Below are positions 37,072 to 45,991 of a stretch of 55,329 bases of DNA, piece by piece. The position numbers and the translations under genes were made by a program. The notes below the pieces were generated by a model that was not told the DNA's origin, ran no database searches, and saw only the letters and a list, made by a program, of their open reading frames with translations. The first letter of the stretch is position 1, and each line of letters opens with the position of its first letter. This DNA is from Alphaproteobacteria bacterium (GTDB taxonomy: Bacteria > Pseudomonadota > Alphaproteobacteria > UBA7985 > JAUIBT01): the NCBI GenBank assembly GCA_030432195.1, contig JAUIHE010000003.1, forward strand, positions 1 through 55,329, in the 5' to 3' direction.

Positions 37072-39645
37072 GTGTCATCTACTGTCTCGCCCCTGGATAT
37101 CTTCCCGCTAAAACAGCGCCTTGATAGCCCAGAACCAAGCCACGAACCGGACGACGTTAGGGCGGGCTTTCTGGCCGACAAGCGGCGTATTCAACGCGAC
37201 TACATCCAGCGCGACGCGCAAGGCGAAGACCCCGAGAGCCTAGGCCGGTGGTGGTCTGATCAAGCCGATCGCATGCTGGACGAAGGCCTTGCGGCCGCAT
37301 GGCGCCAACCTGACATGAAGCGCCGCACCACCGCGCTGCAAGAAAGCGGGCCCGTGCCCGGTCTGTTTATCTTGGGCCTTGGCAAACTGGGCGGCCAGGA
37401 CCTCAACTTTTCATCCGACGTGGATCTGGTGGCTTTTTACGAGCCCGACCTCGTGCCCGTGCCCCCTTTTGAGGGCAAAACCGATGTTTGCGCGCGCGCG
37501 CTGCGCAATCTCAACAAGCTGTTGGACGGCTCTAAGACGGGGCCCTTTGCCTGGCGCATTGATTGGCGCCTACGCCCCGATCCGTCGGTCACCGATCTGG
37601 CTATGTCAACCAGCGCGGGGCTCGACTACTTCTTTTTCCACTCCCCACCCTGGCGCCGCCTGGCCATGATGAAGGCGCGCGTGGTGGCGGGCGACAAAGC
37701 AGCTGGTCAGCGTTTCCTTGCTGAACTGCACCCTTTCATTTGGCGTCGATCGCTGGACAAACGCGCCATTGATGAAATCAACGCCCTGCACGACAAAATT
37801 CACGCTGAACATCCCGAGCTCAAGACCGAGCGCTCCAAACAGGTGCCTTTGGATGTGGCTGCGGGCTTCCATACCAAGTTGGGCCGCGGCGGCATTCGCG
37901 AGATCGAGTTTCTTATCAACGCTCACCAGCTGGTATGGGGCGGACGTGATCCGCGCTTGCAGACCGCCCACACGTTGACCGCTCTGCGGGTCTTGGTCGA
38001 GGAAGGCTTGTTGGCACCCGAACTCGAGCCCGCCTATAAGCGCCTGCGCGCCCTTGAAAACCGGGTCCAGCTTTGGGCCGACGGCCACGAGCACGCGCTG
38101 CCGACCACCCCCCATCAACAGGACTGGATCGCTCAGCGCTCCGGGCAACGCGATTGGGCGGATCTAGAGGCCGAGGTGGTGGCTATTCGCGCGCGCGTAC
38201 AAGCCGCTTTCAAGGGCTATTTCCAAGATACCGAGAGCCTCACCGAAGCCGTCGAAACCGATATTGAGCTGCTCAACAACTGGCAAGCTGGCTTCCAAGC
38301 CTACGGCCTGCCCCAGGAAGCCGAGCCCAAATTCAAGGCTCTGGGCCGCGAGATGGCCAAGCTCTGTCTAGAAAGTGCGGACGCCAAGGCTGCCAGCCAG
38401 GCCACCCATGCCTTTTTGAAAAGCCTAGGCCCGTCGGCGGCTTCCTATCTGCGTCTGTTTGCCGAACAGCCGCGCTTGACCGCTCACGTAATCCGCCCGC
38501 TGATGCATTCGGGTGCTATGGCCATTTTGCTGAACCAATCGCCCTATGTCGTCGATGGCCTGATTTCCAACGGCGGGCAGGTGCCAAGCGTACCCGACCT
38601 GGAGACCGGCCAAGCCCTGGTCAGCGCGTCGGCCAATTATGAACGCCAGCTCGGCGCGCTGCGCGCCTTCGTTAACGAGCAGCTCTACATGGCCTTTCTG
38701 GCCGTCTTTGACGAACAAAGACAGACGCTCTGGGCGCAGGAATTTTTGACCGACCTTGCCGACATGACTCTGCAATTGGCTTCGGACATTTTGTGCCAAG
38801 AACAAGGGTTGGACGCCTTGCCCTTCAGCGTACTGGCGCTCGGCAAGCTGGCAACGCGCAGCATGATGCCGCTATCGGACCTGGATTTGATCTTCATCGT
38901 ACCCAACGGCACCGATTTTGACCAAGCCAACAAGATCGCCCGCCGCTTTGTGGCGCTGTTGGACGCGCCCATGAAAGAGGGTCGCGCCTATCCCACCGAC
39001 ACCCGCCTTCGTCCCTCTGGGCGCTCTGGACCGCCGACCGTCAGCCTTGCCTCCTTTGAGAGCTACCAAGCCAAACAAGCCCACACCTGGGAGCACTTGG
39101 CTCTGGTGACCAGCCGCGTTGTGCTGGATGCGCCCGGCATCGGGCCCGATATTGAAGCCGTGCGCACGGCCATTCTTACCCGCCCGCGCGATCACAAGCA
39201 GCTCTGTCAAGATGCCTGGAAGATGCTCAGCCGCCTGCGCCGTGCGCGCTACCAGGCCGAGCCTGGAGACGGCGAAGTCAAGCTTCGTCCAGGCGGCCTG
39301 ATGGAGCTCGAATTTTTGATTAACTTCCAGGTCTTGGCACTGGCCGCGAGCAATCCGCAAATCTTGGACGTGCCTTTGCCCCAGTTAGCGAGCGCGCTTG
39401 ATGCGCTTCTGGGAGCGGAGTCGAAGCTGGCCGTGGACGCCAAAATCCTGCAACAAGCACAGTTCTATGCGCGCTTGTATGGCGAGGACTGGCTGAAGCA
39501 TCGCCCGATTGACGGACTGGCGGCGCTGTTCGCGCGTATTTTGGAAGAGATCGACACTCAGATCGCTGGGCCTGCCGATCTGAGCCCCGCCCAGCTTCCC
39601 GCTTTCCAAGAGACCGCCGTGCGGTGGCAGGGCGTCGGCGACTAG
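37072..39645 (+). CDS. glnE: Bifunctional glutamine synthetase adenylyltransferase/adenylyl-removing enzyme (shorter N-terminus than usual)
   Basis: Two nucleotidyltransferase cores (GKLGGQDLNFSSDVDLVAFY and LGKLATRSMMPLSDLDLIFIV). 857 aa from GTG 37072. The stop TAG is part of the CTAGAGC element at 39642. Confidence 0.85.
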   Translation: MSSTVSPLDIFPLKQRLDSPEPSHEPDDVRAGFLADKRRIQRDYIQRDAQGEDPESLGRWWSDQADRMLDEGLAAAWRQPDMKRRTTALQESGPVPGLFILGLGKLGGQDLNFSSDVDLVAFYEPDLVPVPPFEGKTDVCARALRNLNKLLDGSKTGPFAWRIDWRLRPDPSVTDLAMSTSAGLDYFFFHSPPWRRLAMMKARVVAGDKAAGQRFLAELHPFIWRRSLDKRAIDEINALHDKIHAEHPELKTERSKQVPLDVAAGFHTKLGRGGIREIEFLINAHQLVWGGRDPRLQTAHTLTALRVLVEEGLLAPELEPAYKRLRALENRVQLWADGHEHALPTTPHQQDWIAQRSGQRDWADLEAEVVAIRARVQAAFKGYFQDTESLTEAVETDIELLNNWQAGFQAYGLPQEAEPKFKALGREMAKLCLESADAKAASQATHAFLKSLGPSAASYLRLFAEQPRLTAHVIRPLMHSGAMAILLNQSPYVVDGLISNGGQVPSVPDLETGQALVSASANYERQLGALRAFVNEQLYMAFLAVFDEQRQTLWAQEFLTDLADMTLQLASDILCQEQGLDALPFSVLALGKLATRSMMPLSDLDLIFIVPNGTDFDQANKIARRFVALLDAPMKEGRAYPTDTRLRPSGRSGPPTVSLASFESYQAKQAHTWEHLALVTSRVVLDAPGIGPDIEAVRTAILTRPRDHKQLCQDAWKMLSRLRRARYQAEPGDGEVKLRPGGLMELEFLINFQVLALAASNPQILDVPLPQLASALDALLGAESKLAVDAKILQQAQFYARLYGEDWLKHRPIDGLAALFARILEEIDTQIAGPADLSPAQLPAFQETAVRWQGVGD

Positions 39646-39750
39646 AGCGCGTTTTGTTGTCATATCGTCACAGGGCGCGTTGCATCCGTCTGATAAAGCC
39701 GCAAGTGCAGCTTGCGAATCTTAGGCACAATCCAGGGCGCTTGCTGTCCT
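39642..39750 (+). repeat. Interspersed CTAGAGC-delimited element, family A copy (about 109 nt) overlapping the glnE stop codon
   Basis: ctagagcgcgttttgttg...agccgcaagtgcagcttgcgaatcttaggcacaatccagggcgcttgctg aligns without gaps to 52059.. and to the reverse complement of 26695..26813. Confidence 0.75.
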
Positions 39751-39774
39751 ACCGACCCGGCCTACCAACTCGGC

Positions 39775-41070
39775 CTACTCACCCGGCGTGATCGGCTCGG
39801 CTGTCGATTGCGCCGCTGCGGCTTGCTCCTCTTCAGCTTTTTGGCTGCGCATACGCCTAATGCCCATTGTAAGCGGCCAAATCGCCAAGGCCATCAATCC
39901 CCCAGCCACCACAAAAGGCGCGCCCGGGAAATAGATCAGACGGGCGGTTTCGTCGGTGAAGAAGAAAAAAATCCAACCCATGCTCGGCGGCAGAATCATC
40001 ATCGTCACGGCCGTAATGCCTGCGGTCGCACCCTGTAGTTCGCCTTGCGCGTCGGCCGCAATCAGCCGGGACATCATGCCGTTGAGCGCCGGTGTCGCCA
40101 CCGCGCCCAGCGCTGCCAGCGGCATCAGCACATAGGCCTGCCAACCTTGGAAGGATAAGCCCATCAAAACCAGGATGGTGGCGTTAATGGCAAAACCCAA
40201 GATGGCGGTCTTGGCCTCGCCCAAAATGGGAAGCAATTTTCGGATCAAACCGCCCTGCACAATCGCAAAGCCAATGCCCACCAAGAACAGAGAAAACCCG
40301 ATTTGGCGGCTTTCCCAGCCATAGCGCTCGCTAGCGAAATAAGACCAGATCGCCGGATAGACAAAGTGGCCCATCTGAAAGAAGAAAAAGGCCACCAAGA
40401 ACCAGGATACAGACGGCAATTTGCGCACCTGGGTGAGCGTACCCAAGGGGTTCGCACGGTGCCATTCGAAGGGGCGGCGCTTGTCCGTTGCCAGGGTCTC
40501 GGGCAGCATGATTGCACCGAAAATCCCCGCTGCGATCATCAGCGCGCAGGACGCAAAGAAGGGCGCCCTGGGTCCTAGCTCACCCAAGAAACCGCCGATC
40601 AAGGGGCCCAGCACAAAGCCCATGCCAAAAGAGGCCCCCAACAGACCAAAGCGGGCAGCGCGCTCGTCCGGCGTCGATATGTCGGCAATCACCGCATTTG
40701 CGGTGGCGTAGGTCGCGGCCGAGCCTCCGGCAAGCATGCGTGCAATGAACAAAAGGGCCATGCTGGGCGCCAGCGCCATCAGAAATTGGTCAAAGGCCAA
40801 CATGAAGATCGAGACCAGCAACACGGGCCGACGCCCGAAGCGATCGGAAATGTTGCCCAGTGTCGGGCTCATAAGAAATTGCATGGCGGCATAAGTGAAG
40901 GATAGACCCGCCCCCCAGGTTGCCGCTCGCGCATCGTTGAGCCCGGGGGCGATTTGCTGAAGCAGGTCCGGCATGATGGGCAAAATCAAGCCGATGCCGG
41001 TCGCGTTCAACACCATAATCAGCGCCACGAACAAGAGGGTGGTGCGATGAGAGGGAGCGGATGCGGGCAT
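39775..41070 (-). CDS. MFS transporter (TetA/TCR-like drug:H+ antiporter family)
   Basis: Start at ATG 41070 ([34 protein letters not shown]). Motif [15 protein letters not shown]. Confidence 0.8.
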   Translation of the reverse strand: MPASAPSHRTTLLFVALIMVLNATGIGLILPIMPDLLQQIAPGLNDARAATWGAGLSFTYAAMQFLMSPTLGNISDRFGRRPVLLVSIFMLAFDQFLMALAPSMALLFIARMLAGGSAATYATANAVIADISTPDERAARFGLLGASFGMGFVLGPLIGGFLGELGPRAPFFASCALMIAAGIFGAIMLPETLATDKRRPFEWHRANPLGTLTQVRKLPSVSWFLVAFFFFQMGHFVYPAIWSYFASERYGWESRQIGFSLFLVGIGFAIVQGGLIRKLLPILGEAKTAILGFAINATILVLMGLSFQGWQAYVLMPLAALGAVATPALNGMMSRLIAADAQGELQGATAGITAVTMMILPPSMGWIFFFFTDETARLIYFPGAPFVVAGGLMALAIWPLTMGIRRMRSQKAEEEQAAAAQSTAEPITPGE

Positions 41071-41482
41071 GCGAAAACCTTGATAGCCGAACAAAAACAG
41101 GGGCCGCAAAGCGCCCAAGCGTTCAACAGGTCGCAAATCTGGGAGCAAAGTGCAAGCCTTGGCCGCCTACCGAGCGCCAAACTGGCAAAGACGCGACCGA
41201 TCGAGCCTGGTTTCAAGCGCAGCACGGGCGACGTATGGGGCGAACTGGTCGCTCCAAGGTTCCGAAAGTCGGCGCCGCGCAAGTACAAATTGCCCGACGG
41301 TGCGCACCCTGACCCGCTTGGCGGTGGCCGCAGACGGGGCAGAGACGCATTTAGGCTGGATCGCCCGGCCAAGCTTTGGTCTAACCGGTCAGTAAGACCG
41401 AGGCGCTTGGCGCCAAACCGAGCGCCAACAGAACACCAAGGGCGGGGCAGAAAAGGCTCGCCAAAACAAAGAAAGGGTTTAC

Positions 41483-42400
41483 GTGGCAGACCTGGACAAA
41501 CGCGCGCTGCGCAACGCCTTTGGCTCCTTTATGACCGGGGTAACGGTGGTGACCGCCCTCGATCAGGACAAGGCACCGATCGGCTTTACCGCAAACTCCT
41601 TTACCTCGGTGTCACTGGACCCGCCCTTGCTGTTGATCTCGCTGGCGAAATCGTCCAGCAACTTGGCCGTCTTCGAAGCCGCCGACGGCTTTGCCGTCAA
41701 CATCTTGAGCGAACAGCAGCGGGATGTGGCCAACGTCTTCGCCTCTCGGGTTGAAGATCGTTTTGCAAAAGTGGCCTGGTATCGCAGCCCCGACGGGCGG
41801 CCCTTGCTCAAAGACGTTTGCGCTTGGTTTGATTGCAGCATGCACCAGCAGGTCGATGCTGGCGACCACCTGATCTTGATCGGACACATCCAGGCTTTCG
41901 ACCATGACCGCGAACAAGACGGGCTCGGCTATGTGCGTGGTGCCTTTTATCACCCCAGCTTGATCGAACGCGCCAGCGCCTCTTTGCGTTCGGACAAACC
42001 CGTGTCCGTGACAGCCGTCATTGATCGCGAAGATCGCGTCTACCTAGAGCGGGACGAAGACGGCACCTTGCGCTTGCCGCGCCTGCCGCTGAACGAAGGC
42101 GAAGGGCACCCCCAAGGCTACCGCCGTTTGCTGGGCAGCCTTGGTCTAAGCGCCTCCATCGGGTTTTTGTTTTCCGTCTATGCGGACGCTGAGGGCCAGC
42201 GTCAAACCGTGGCCTACCGTTGTGTGTCGGAGGACGGCACGCCGCTGGACGGCCGTTTTTATGCGCAAGATGAAATCGACTTTGCCGATTTGGCGGATGC
42301 CGATACCCGCTTTGTCTTGCAACGCTATTTCGGCGAAAAGAGCCGGGGCAACTATGGAATCTATTTTTCGGACCATCTGTTGAGCCCAGAAAAAGCCTGA
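41483..42400 (+). CDS. Flavin reductase-like (FMN-binding split barrel) domain protein with a C-terminal extension of about 140 aa of unknown function
   Basis: GTG start. FGSFMTGVTVVTA...IGFTANSFTSVSLDPPLLLISL is typical of the flavin reductase domain. Residues from about 165 to 305 have a Nudix-fold-like strand/helix pattern (VSVTAVIDREDRVYLERDEDGTLRLPRLPL...) but no intact Nudix box. Confidence 0.7.
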   Translation: MADLDKRALRNAFGSFMTGVTVVTALDQDKAPIGFTANSFTSVSLDPPLLLISLAKSSSNLAVFEAADGFAVNILSEQQRDVANVFASRVEDRFAKVAWYRSPDGRPLLKDVCAWFDCSMHQQVDAGDHLILIGHIQAFDHDREQDGLGYVRGAFYHPSLIERASASLRSDKPVSVTAVIDREDRVYLERDEDGTLRLPRLPLNEGEGHPQGYRRLLGSLGLSASIGFLFSVYADAEGQRQTVAYRCVSEDGTPLDGRFYAQDEIDFADLADADTRFVLQRYFGEKSRGNYGIYFSDHLLSPEKA

Positions 42401-42423
42401 GGCGCTTGGCCTGTAAAGGCGGG

Positions 42424-42531
42424 CTAGAGCAAGCCGCGAATGAGTTGCAATACGAACGAGCATGGACTTGCGTTAGAAATCAGTCAGCTAGAGCGGAAGG
42501 GCCGTTGCAAGGTCAGCGCCCGACGCTCTAG
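42424..42531 (+). repeat. Interspersed CTAGAGC-delimited element, family B, copy 2 (108 nt)
   Basis: ctagagcaagccgcgaatgagttgcaatacgaacgagcatggacttgcgttagaaatcagtcagctagagcggaagggccgttgcaaggtcagcgcccgacgctctag. About 92% identical to 17253..17360. Lies 24 nt after the flavin reductase stop. Confidence 0.85.
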
Positions 42532-42580
42532 GCAGCGCCATCCGCTGGGCGCAGAATTGCCCTACGAGCGGTGGCCGGCA

Positions 42581-42612
42581 GCAGCTAGGAACCAGCGGCA
42601 GCTAGGAAACGC
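42581..42612. repeat. 17-nt tandem repeat x2 (gcagctaggaaccagcg / gcagctaggaaacgc)
   Basis: Direct reading. Contains CTAG. Lies between element B2 and rpmB. Confidence 0.55.
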
Positions 42613-42736
42613 TACGCCTAAAAATGTCGGGGGAAAAACAACGACAAAAGGGCCGCGCGCGCCTGCACCCGGCCCTGAGCTTGTCGCTTTGCACTTGGCG
42701 CGTCCGGTCTAAGACCGGGTCACCAAACCGCCTGTC

Positions 42737-43042
42737 TTAGGCAGCAGCGCGGCGCTCGTCTTTACGGATCTTTTGAACGATGCGGCGCTTAATCTTCAGC
42801 GCATCTGGGCCCAGCTTGGTGTCGTGGGTGTTCAGCAGGAAAGCGTCCAGGCCGCCCTTGTGCTCAACAGAGCGCAAGCCGTGCATAGAAATCTTTACCT
42901 TAACCATCTCGTCCAGGGCTTCAGACAGCAAAGACTTGGTCTGAATGTTCGGCAGGTAGCGACGGCGCGTGGTGTTGTGCGCGTGGGAAACGTTGTTACC
43001 GGACTGCACGCCCTTTTTCAGAAAATCGCAACGACGAGCCAT
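42737..43042 (-). CDS. rpmB: 50S ribosomal protein L28
   Basis: MARRCDFLKKGVQSGNNVSHAHNTTRRRYLPNIQ.... 101 aa. Confidence 0.95.
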   Translation of the reverse strand: MARRCDFLKKGVQSGNNVSHAHNTTRRRYLPNIQTKSLLSEALDEMVKVKISMHGLRSVEHKGGLDAFLLNTHDTKLGPDALKIKRRIVQKIRKDERRAAA

Positions 43043-43337
43043 GAGTTTCTCTTCATCTCTAAAGTGTCAAAGCCAAAGTTGACGCCCAAGGGTTGGTCCA
43101 AGGGCCGCTGTCCAAACCGGGTTGCAAGCTCGCATTTCAGCCAGACATTGCAGAATAGCCGGGGAGTCGCTTTGGCGAAAATCGGACGCGTGTGATAGGC
43201 AACAAGTCGCCCGATGGTCAAGGATTATCTGTTGCCAACGCGCGATTCACGCGGAATCAGGACGATTCAACCGCTTTCAAGCCTGTTCAGGCAAAATGCG
43301 GTTCTGTTCCGGCGGATCGCCAAGCCGTCCTTCGTCC

Positions 43338-43404
43338 CGCCATCATTGGTGTCCAGCACCCGCCATCATTGGTGTCCAGCACCCGCCATCATTGGTGTCC
43401 AGCA
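43338..43404. repeat. 23-bp tandem repeat, about 3 copies (cgccatcattggtgtccagcacc); the third copy contains the last codons and stop of the gene at 43389..43877
   Basis: Units at 43338 and 43361 are identical. The unit at 43384 diverges after agca. On the minus strand the gene ends ...cctgctggacaccaaTGAtggcg, followed by two copies of ggtgctggacaccaaTGAtggcg. Confidence 0.9.
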
Positions 43405-43877
43405 GGTGTGACAGGCAGCCATTGCGGGCGCCAAACTTGCACTTGTTGCTGACCAAGCTGCGGCTGCCAGACGCGAATCGGTTGCTGGCGTTGGGCCTGC
43501 TCCCAGTGCAGACGCCAGGCCTCGATTTCAACCGGCTCCATCACGAGGCGCGGCCGATAGCTCAAGGCGGTGACCTTTTGAAACTTGGGCTGCAAATAGG
43601 GAATGTTTTGCTGCATCCAAACCGGTTGTAGCTGCCATTGGGGCGCTGCGATGGTCTGTTGCTGATACTGCAATTGAAGCTGGTGCGGGTGCCAAATTGT
43701 CACCACGGGCGCGGGCAGCGCGCCTGGTTGGCCGCCAAGCGCTTGTGACTGCGCGACGCTGGTCTGCGAGGACAGGCACACCGCCGCGACAAACGCCACA
43801 GCGACCCTTGCCACAGCGCCGCGCACCGGCAATCGTGCGAAAACGGCGGTCAGATAAGCGTTTAGAGGCTGGATCAT
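43389..43877 (-). CDS. Hypothetical secreted Gln/Trp/Pro-rich protein
   Basis: Start at ATG 43877 preceded by aaggagg. Signal-like VAVAFVAAVCLSSQTSVAQS. The mature part has W-x-P-Q/QQQ motifs (PQWQLQPVWMQQ, VWQPQLGQQQVQVWRPQWLP). Confidence 0.6.
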   Translation of the reverse strand: MIQPLNAYLTAVFARLPVRGAVARVAVAFVAAVCLSSQTSVAQSQALGGQPGALPAPVVTIWHPHQLQLQYQQQTIAAPQWQLQPVWMQQNIPYLQPKFQKVTALSYRPRLVMEPVEIEAWRLHWEQAQRQQPIRVWQPQLGQQQVQVWRPQWLPVTPAGHQ

Positions 43878-43912
43878 GGGCTCCTCCTTGGGCAAGCTGC
43901 CACCAATCGCGC

Positions 43913-44665
43913 CTAGTTGTTCACCACCGGTTGGAAGACCGTTCCTGGCGCACCGGCATAGCCAATAGGCACAGACGCGGGCGCGGCATTGGTGGCACTA
44001 GTTGCACTGGTTGCACTGGTTGCGCTAGTTGCACTGGGCGCCAGCGCCTCGGGCGATTGTGGCGGCAACACCCCGCCAGCCTTGGGGTAGCCTTGCTGGA
44101 CGACGGGTTGTCGGTAGACAACGGGCACGCCGGGTTCGCAATAGACCGAGGCATCGCCGGGTATCTCAACGTAATAGAAATATCCCGACACGTCGGGTTC
44201 CGGGTACCACTGGCCATTAATGATAACGCCCAGGCCGCCTACACCGCGGGTGGCCGGGTGCAGCGGTTGCCCAGTGGGCGAGACATAGTAGGCATGGTTT
44301 GGCATCTGCCCCGCGGGCAAAGTGTTGACGACTTGAGGCTGGCCGACAGCTGTCGGCGCCGTGCTTGGGTCCACAACATAGGCTGCCGGTAGATGCTGGG
44401 TCGGCGCAGCAGGACTAGCCCCAGGGTAGCCAGCCCTCAGGTGTGCGGGCTTTTCCATCAAAGTATAGCAGCGCTGGCGTGCCAAATCGGCCCGTGCTTG
44501 GCCCGCCAAACCCAGCCCGGCCAGCACGATCGCTGCGGCCGACATCAGCCAAAGCGGGCGCAGATCCAAGCGGCACGACTTGGCGACCGCGCGCGCCTGA
44601 GCTTGCCCATGCTGCGAACGAAGGGCGCGCTGTTGATGGTGAAAGCGCATATCAGACAAACTCAT
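43913..44665 (-). CDS. Hypothetical membrane-anchored/periplasmic Pro/Tyr/Val-rich protein with a (SAT)n tract
   Basis: SD aagga. Basic N-tail then TM (LWLMSAAAIVLAGLGLAGQARA). Motifs YYVSPTGQPLHP and GQWYPEPDVSGYFYYVEIPGD. C-terminal SATSATSATSATSAT. Confidence 0.6.
   Translation of the reverse strand: MSLSDMRFHHQQRALRSQHGQAQARAVAKSCRLDLRPLWLMSAAAIVLAGLGLAGQARADLARQRCYTLMEKPAHLRAGYPGASPAAPTQHLPAAYVVDPSTAPTAVGQPQVVNTLPAGQMPNHAYYVSPTGQPLHPATRGVGGLGVIINGQWYPEPDVSGYFYYVEIPGDASVYCEPGVPVVYRQPVVQQGYPKAGGVLPPQSPEALAPSATSATSATSATSATNAAPASVPIGYAGAPGTVFQPVVNN
43995..44039. repeat. 9-nt tandem repeat x5 (gcactrgtt) encoding the (SAT)n tract
   Basis: gcactagtt gcactggtt gcactggtt gcgctagtt gcactgggc. 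Confidence 0.85.
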
Positions 44666-44871
44666 GGATCTTTCCTTAGGACACAGGACCTAGCGGCCCG
44701 CAACGTAACCGGCTCGTGGGTCGAACCGGTAAAAGGGCGTTTGTTTTACCTAAGGTTAGTATGGGCCCCAGTTCAAGGCCTGGCCATAGAAAGCGGGTTT
44801 TCACGGACAAGACCCTGGAAACGCTCGCATTTTGCAATGCAATCTGGGGTTGCTGCCTTGCGGCTTGCGGT

Positions 44872-45855
44872 CTAAGTGCCCGCAATCGGCACCTTGTCCA
44901 GCCACTGGCTCAAAAAGGCGGCGGTCGCCGCGCCAGCGCCGGACTCCGGTTCAACACCAAAGTCCCAGCCGCCTTCTTGGTCCAGGCGCAGCTCAGCAAA
45001 TTCAAAATGCTGGTGGTCCATCAAGTGCGACGGCACCAAGTTTTGAAGCGCTCTGAACATAATATCACCACGCCCAGGATAGGCCTTCTCCCAATCTTGC
45101 AGCATGGCTTTGATATTTTGGCGTTGCAGGTTTTCTTGCGAGCCACAAAGATTGCAGGGAATGATGGGATAGGCCATGGCCCGCGCAAAGCGCGCTATGT
45201 CCTTTTCTGCGCAATAGGCTAAGGGGCGAATCACCATCAAGTCACCCGTATCGGTCTTGAGCTTGGGCGGCATAGCCTTCAAGCGCCCAGCAAAGAACAG
45301 GTTGAGGAAGAAGGTCTCAAGGATATCATCGCGATGATGACCCAGCGCAATCTTGTTGCAGCCCAGATCGCGCGCGGTTCGATAGATGATGCCGCGGCGC
45401 AGACGCGAACAGAGCGAACACGTGGTTTTGCCCTCTTCGATCTTGTCTTTGACGATGGCATAGGTGTCTTCGCTCACAATGCGGTAGGCCAGGCCCGTCT
45501 GATCAAAATAAGCTGGCAGCACATCAGCAGGAAAACCCGGCTGTTTTTGATCCAGGTTCATGGCCACCAGCTCAAAGGACACCGGCGCGCGCTGAGCCAA
45601 ATCGGCCAAGATGGTCAGTAGCGTGTAGGAATCCTTGCCCCCCGAACAGCAGACCAAAACGCGGTCCCCGTCTTCGATCATATTGAAGTCGATGTTGGCC
45701 TGAGCCACGTTGCGCGTCAGGCGCTTGCGCAGCTTGTTGGTGTTGGATGACTGCGGCTGAGCCACCGCATCTTGCGGGCGTGCCTCGTCAGGCGCAGGCG
45801 TCGATGTTTCGACCGAATCCGGATGTTCGGCAGCATGGAAAAGGGGCGAAGTCAT
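44872..45855 (-). CDS. ttcA: tRNA 2-thiocytidine(32) synthetase TtcA
   Basis: PP-loop [12 protein letters not shown] and Cys motifs [10 protein letters not shown] and CNLCGSQ. Start chosen at ATG 45855. Confidence 0.85.
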   Translation of the reverse strand: MTSPLFHAAEHPDSVETSTPAPDEARPQDAVAQPQSSNTNKLRKRLTRNVAQANIDFNMIEDGDRVLVCCSGGKDSYTLLTILADLAQRAPVSFELVAMNLDQKQPGFPADVLPAYFDQTGLAYRIVSEDTYAIVKDKIEEGKTTCSLCSRLRRGIIYRTARDLGCNKIALGHHRDDILETFFLNLFFAGRLKAMPPKLKTDTGDLMVIRPLAYCAEKDIARFARAMAYPIIPCNLCGSQENLQRQNIKAMLQDWEKAYPGRGDIMFRALQNLVPSHLMDHQHFEFAELRLDQEGGWDFGVEPESGAGAATAAFLSQWLDKVPIAGT

Positions 45856-45991
45856 GGTCGCGGCCCATAGAGCTAGGGAGAAGGGCAAAAGGCTAGGCGC
45901 TGGTCATAGCTGGTTTGTGGGCGCATTCCAAGAGCGCGGGTGCAGACAGGGCCTAGAAGTCGGTTTCTTGCAACGCCCGAGGCAAGGTCAA

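Noticed and set aside
41071-41482. 410-nt gap between the TetA-like MFS gene and the flavin reductase gene, considered for a missing regulator gene or pseudogene
   Set aside because: No frame gives a plausible protein. Only short hairpins (ttggcgc-N8-gcgccaa) and a repeated ccgagcgccaa motif are seen. Left unannotated.
41400-42410. 12-nt direct repeat gaggcgcttggc flanking the flavin reductase fusion gene (41400..41411 and 42399..42410), considered as a possible target-site duplication
   Set aside because: In a 55-kb GC-rich window many 12-mer coincidences are expected. There are no inverted repeats or mobility genes.
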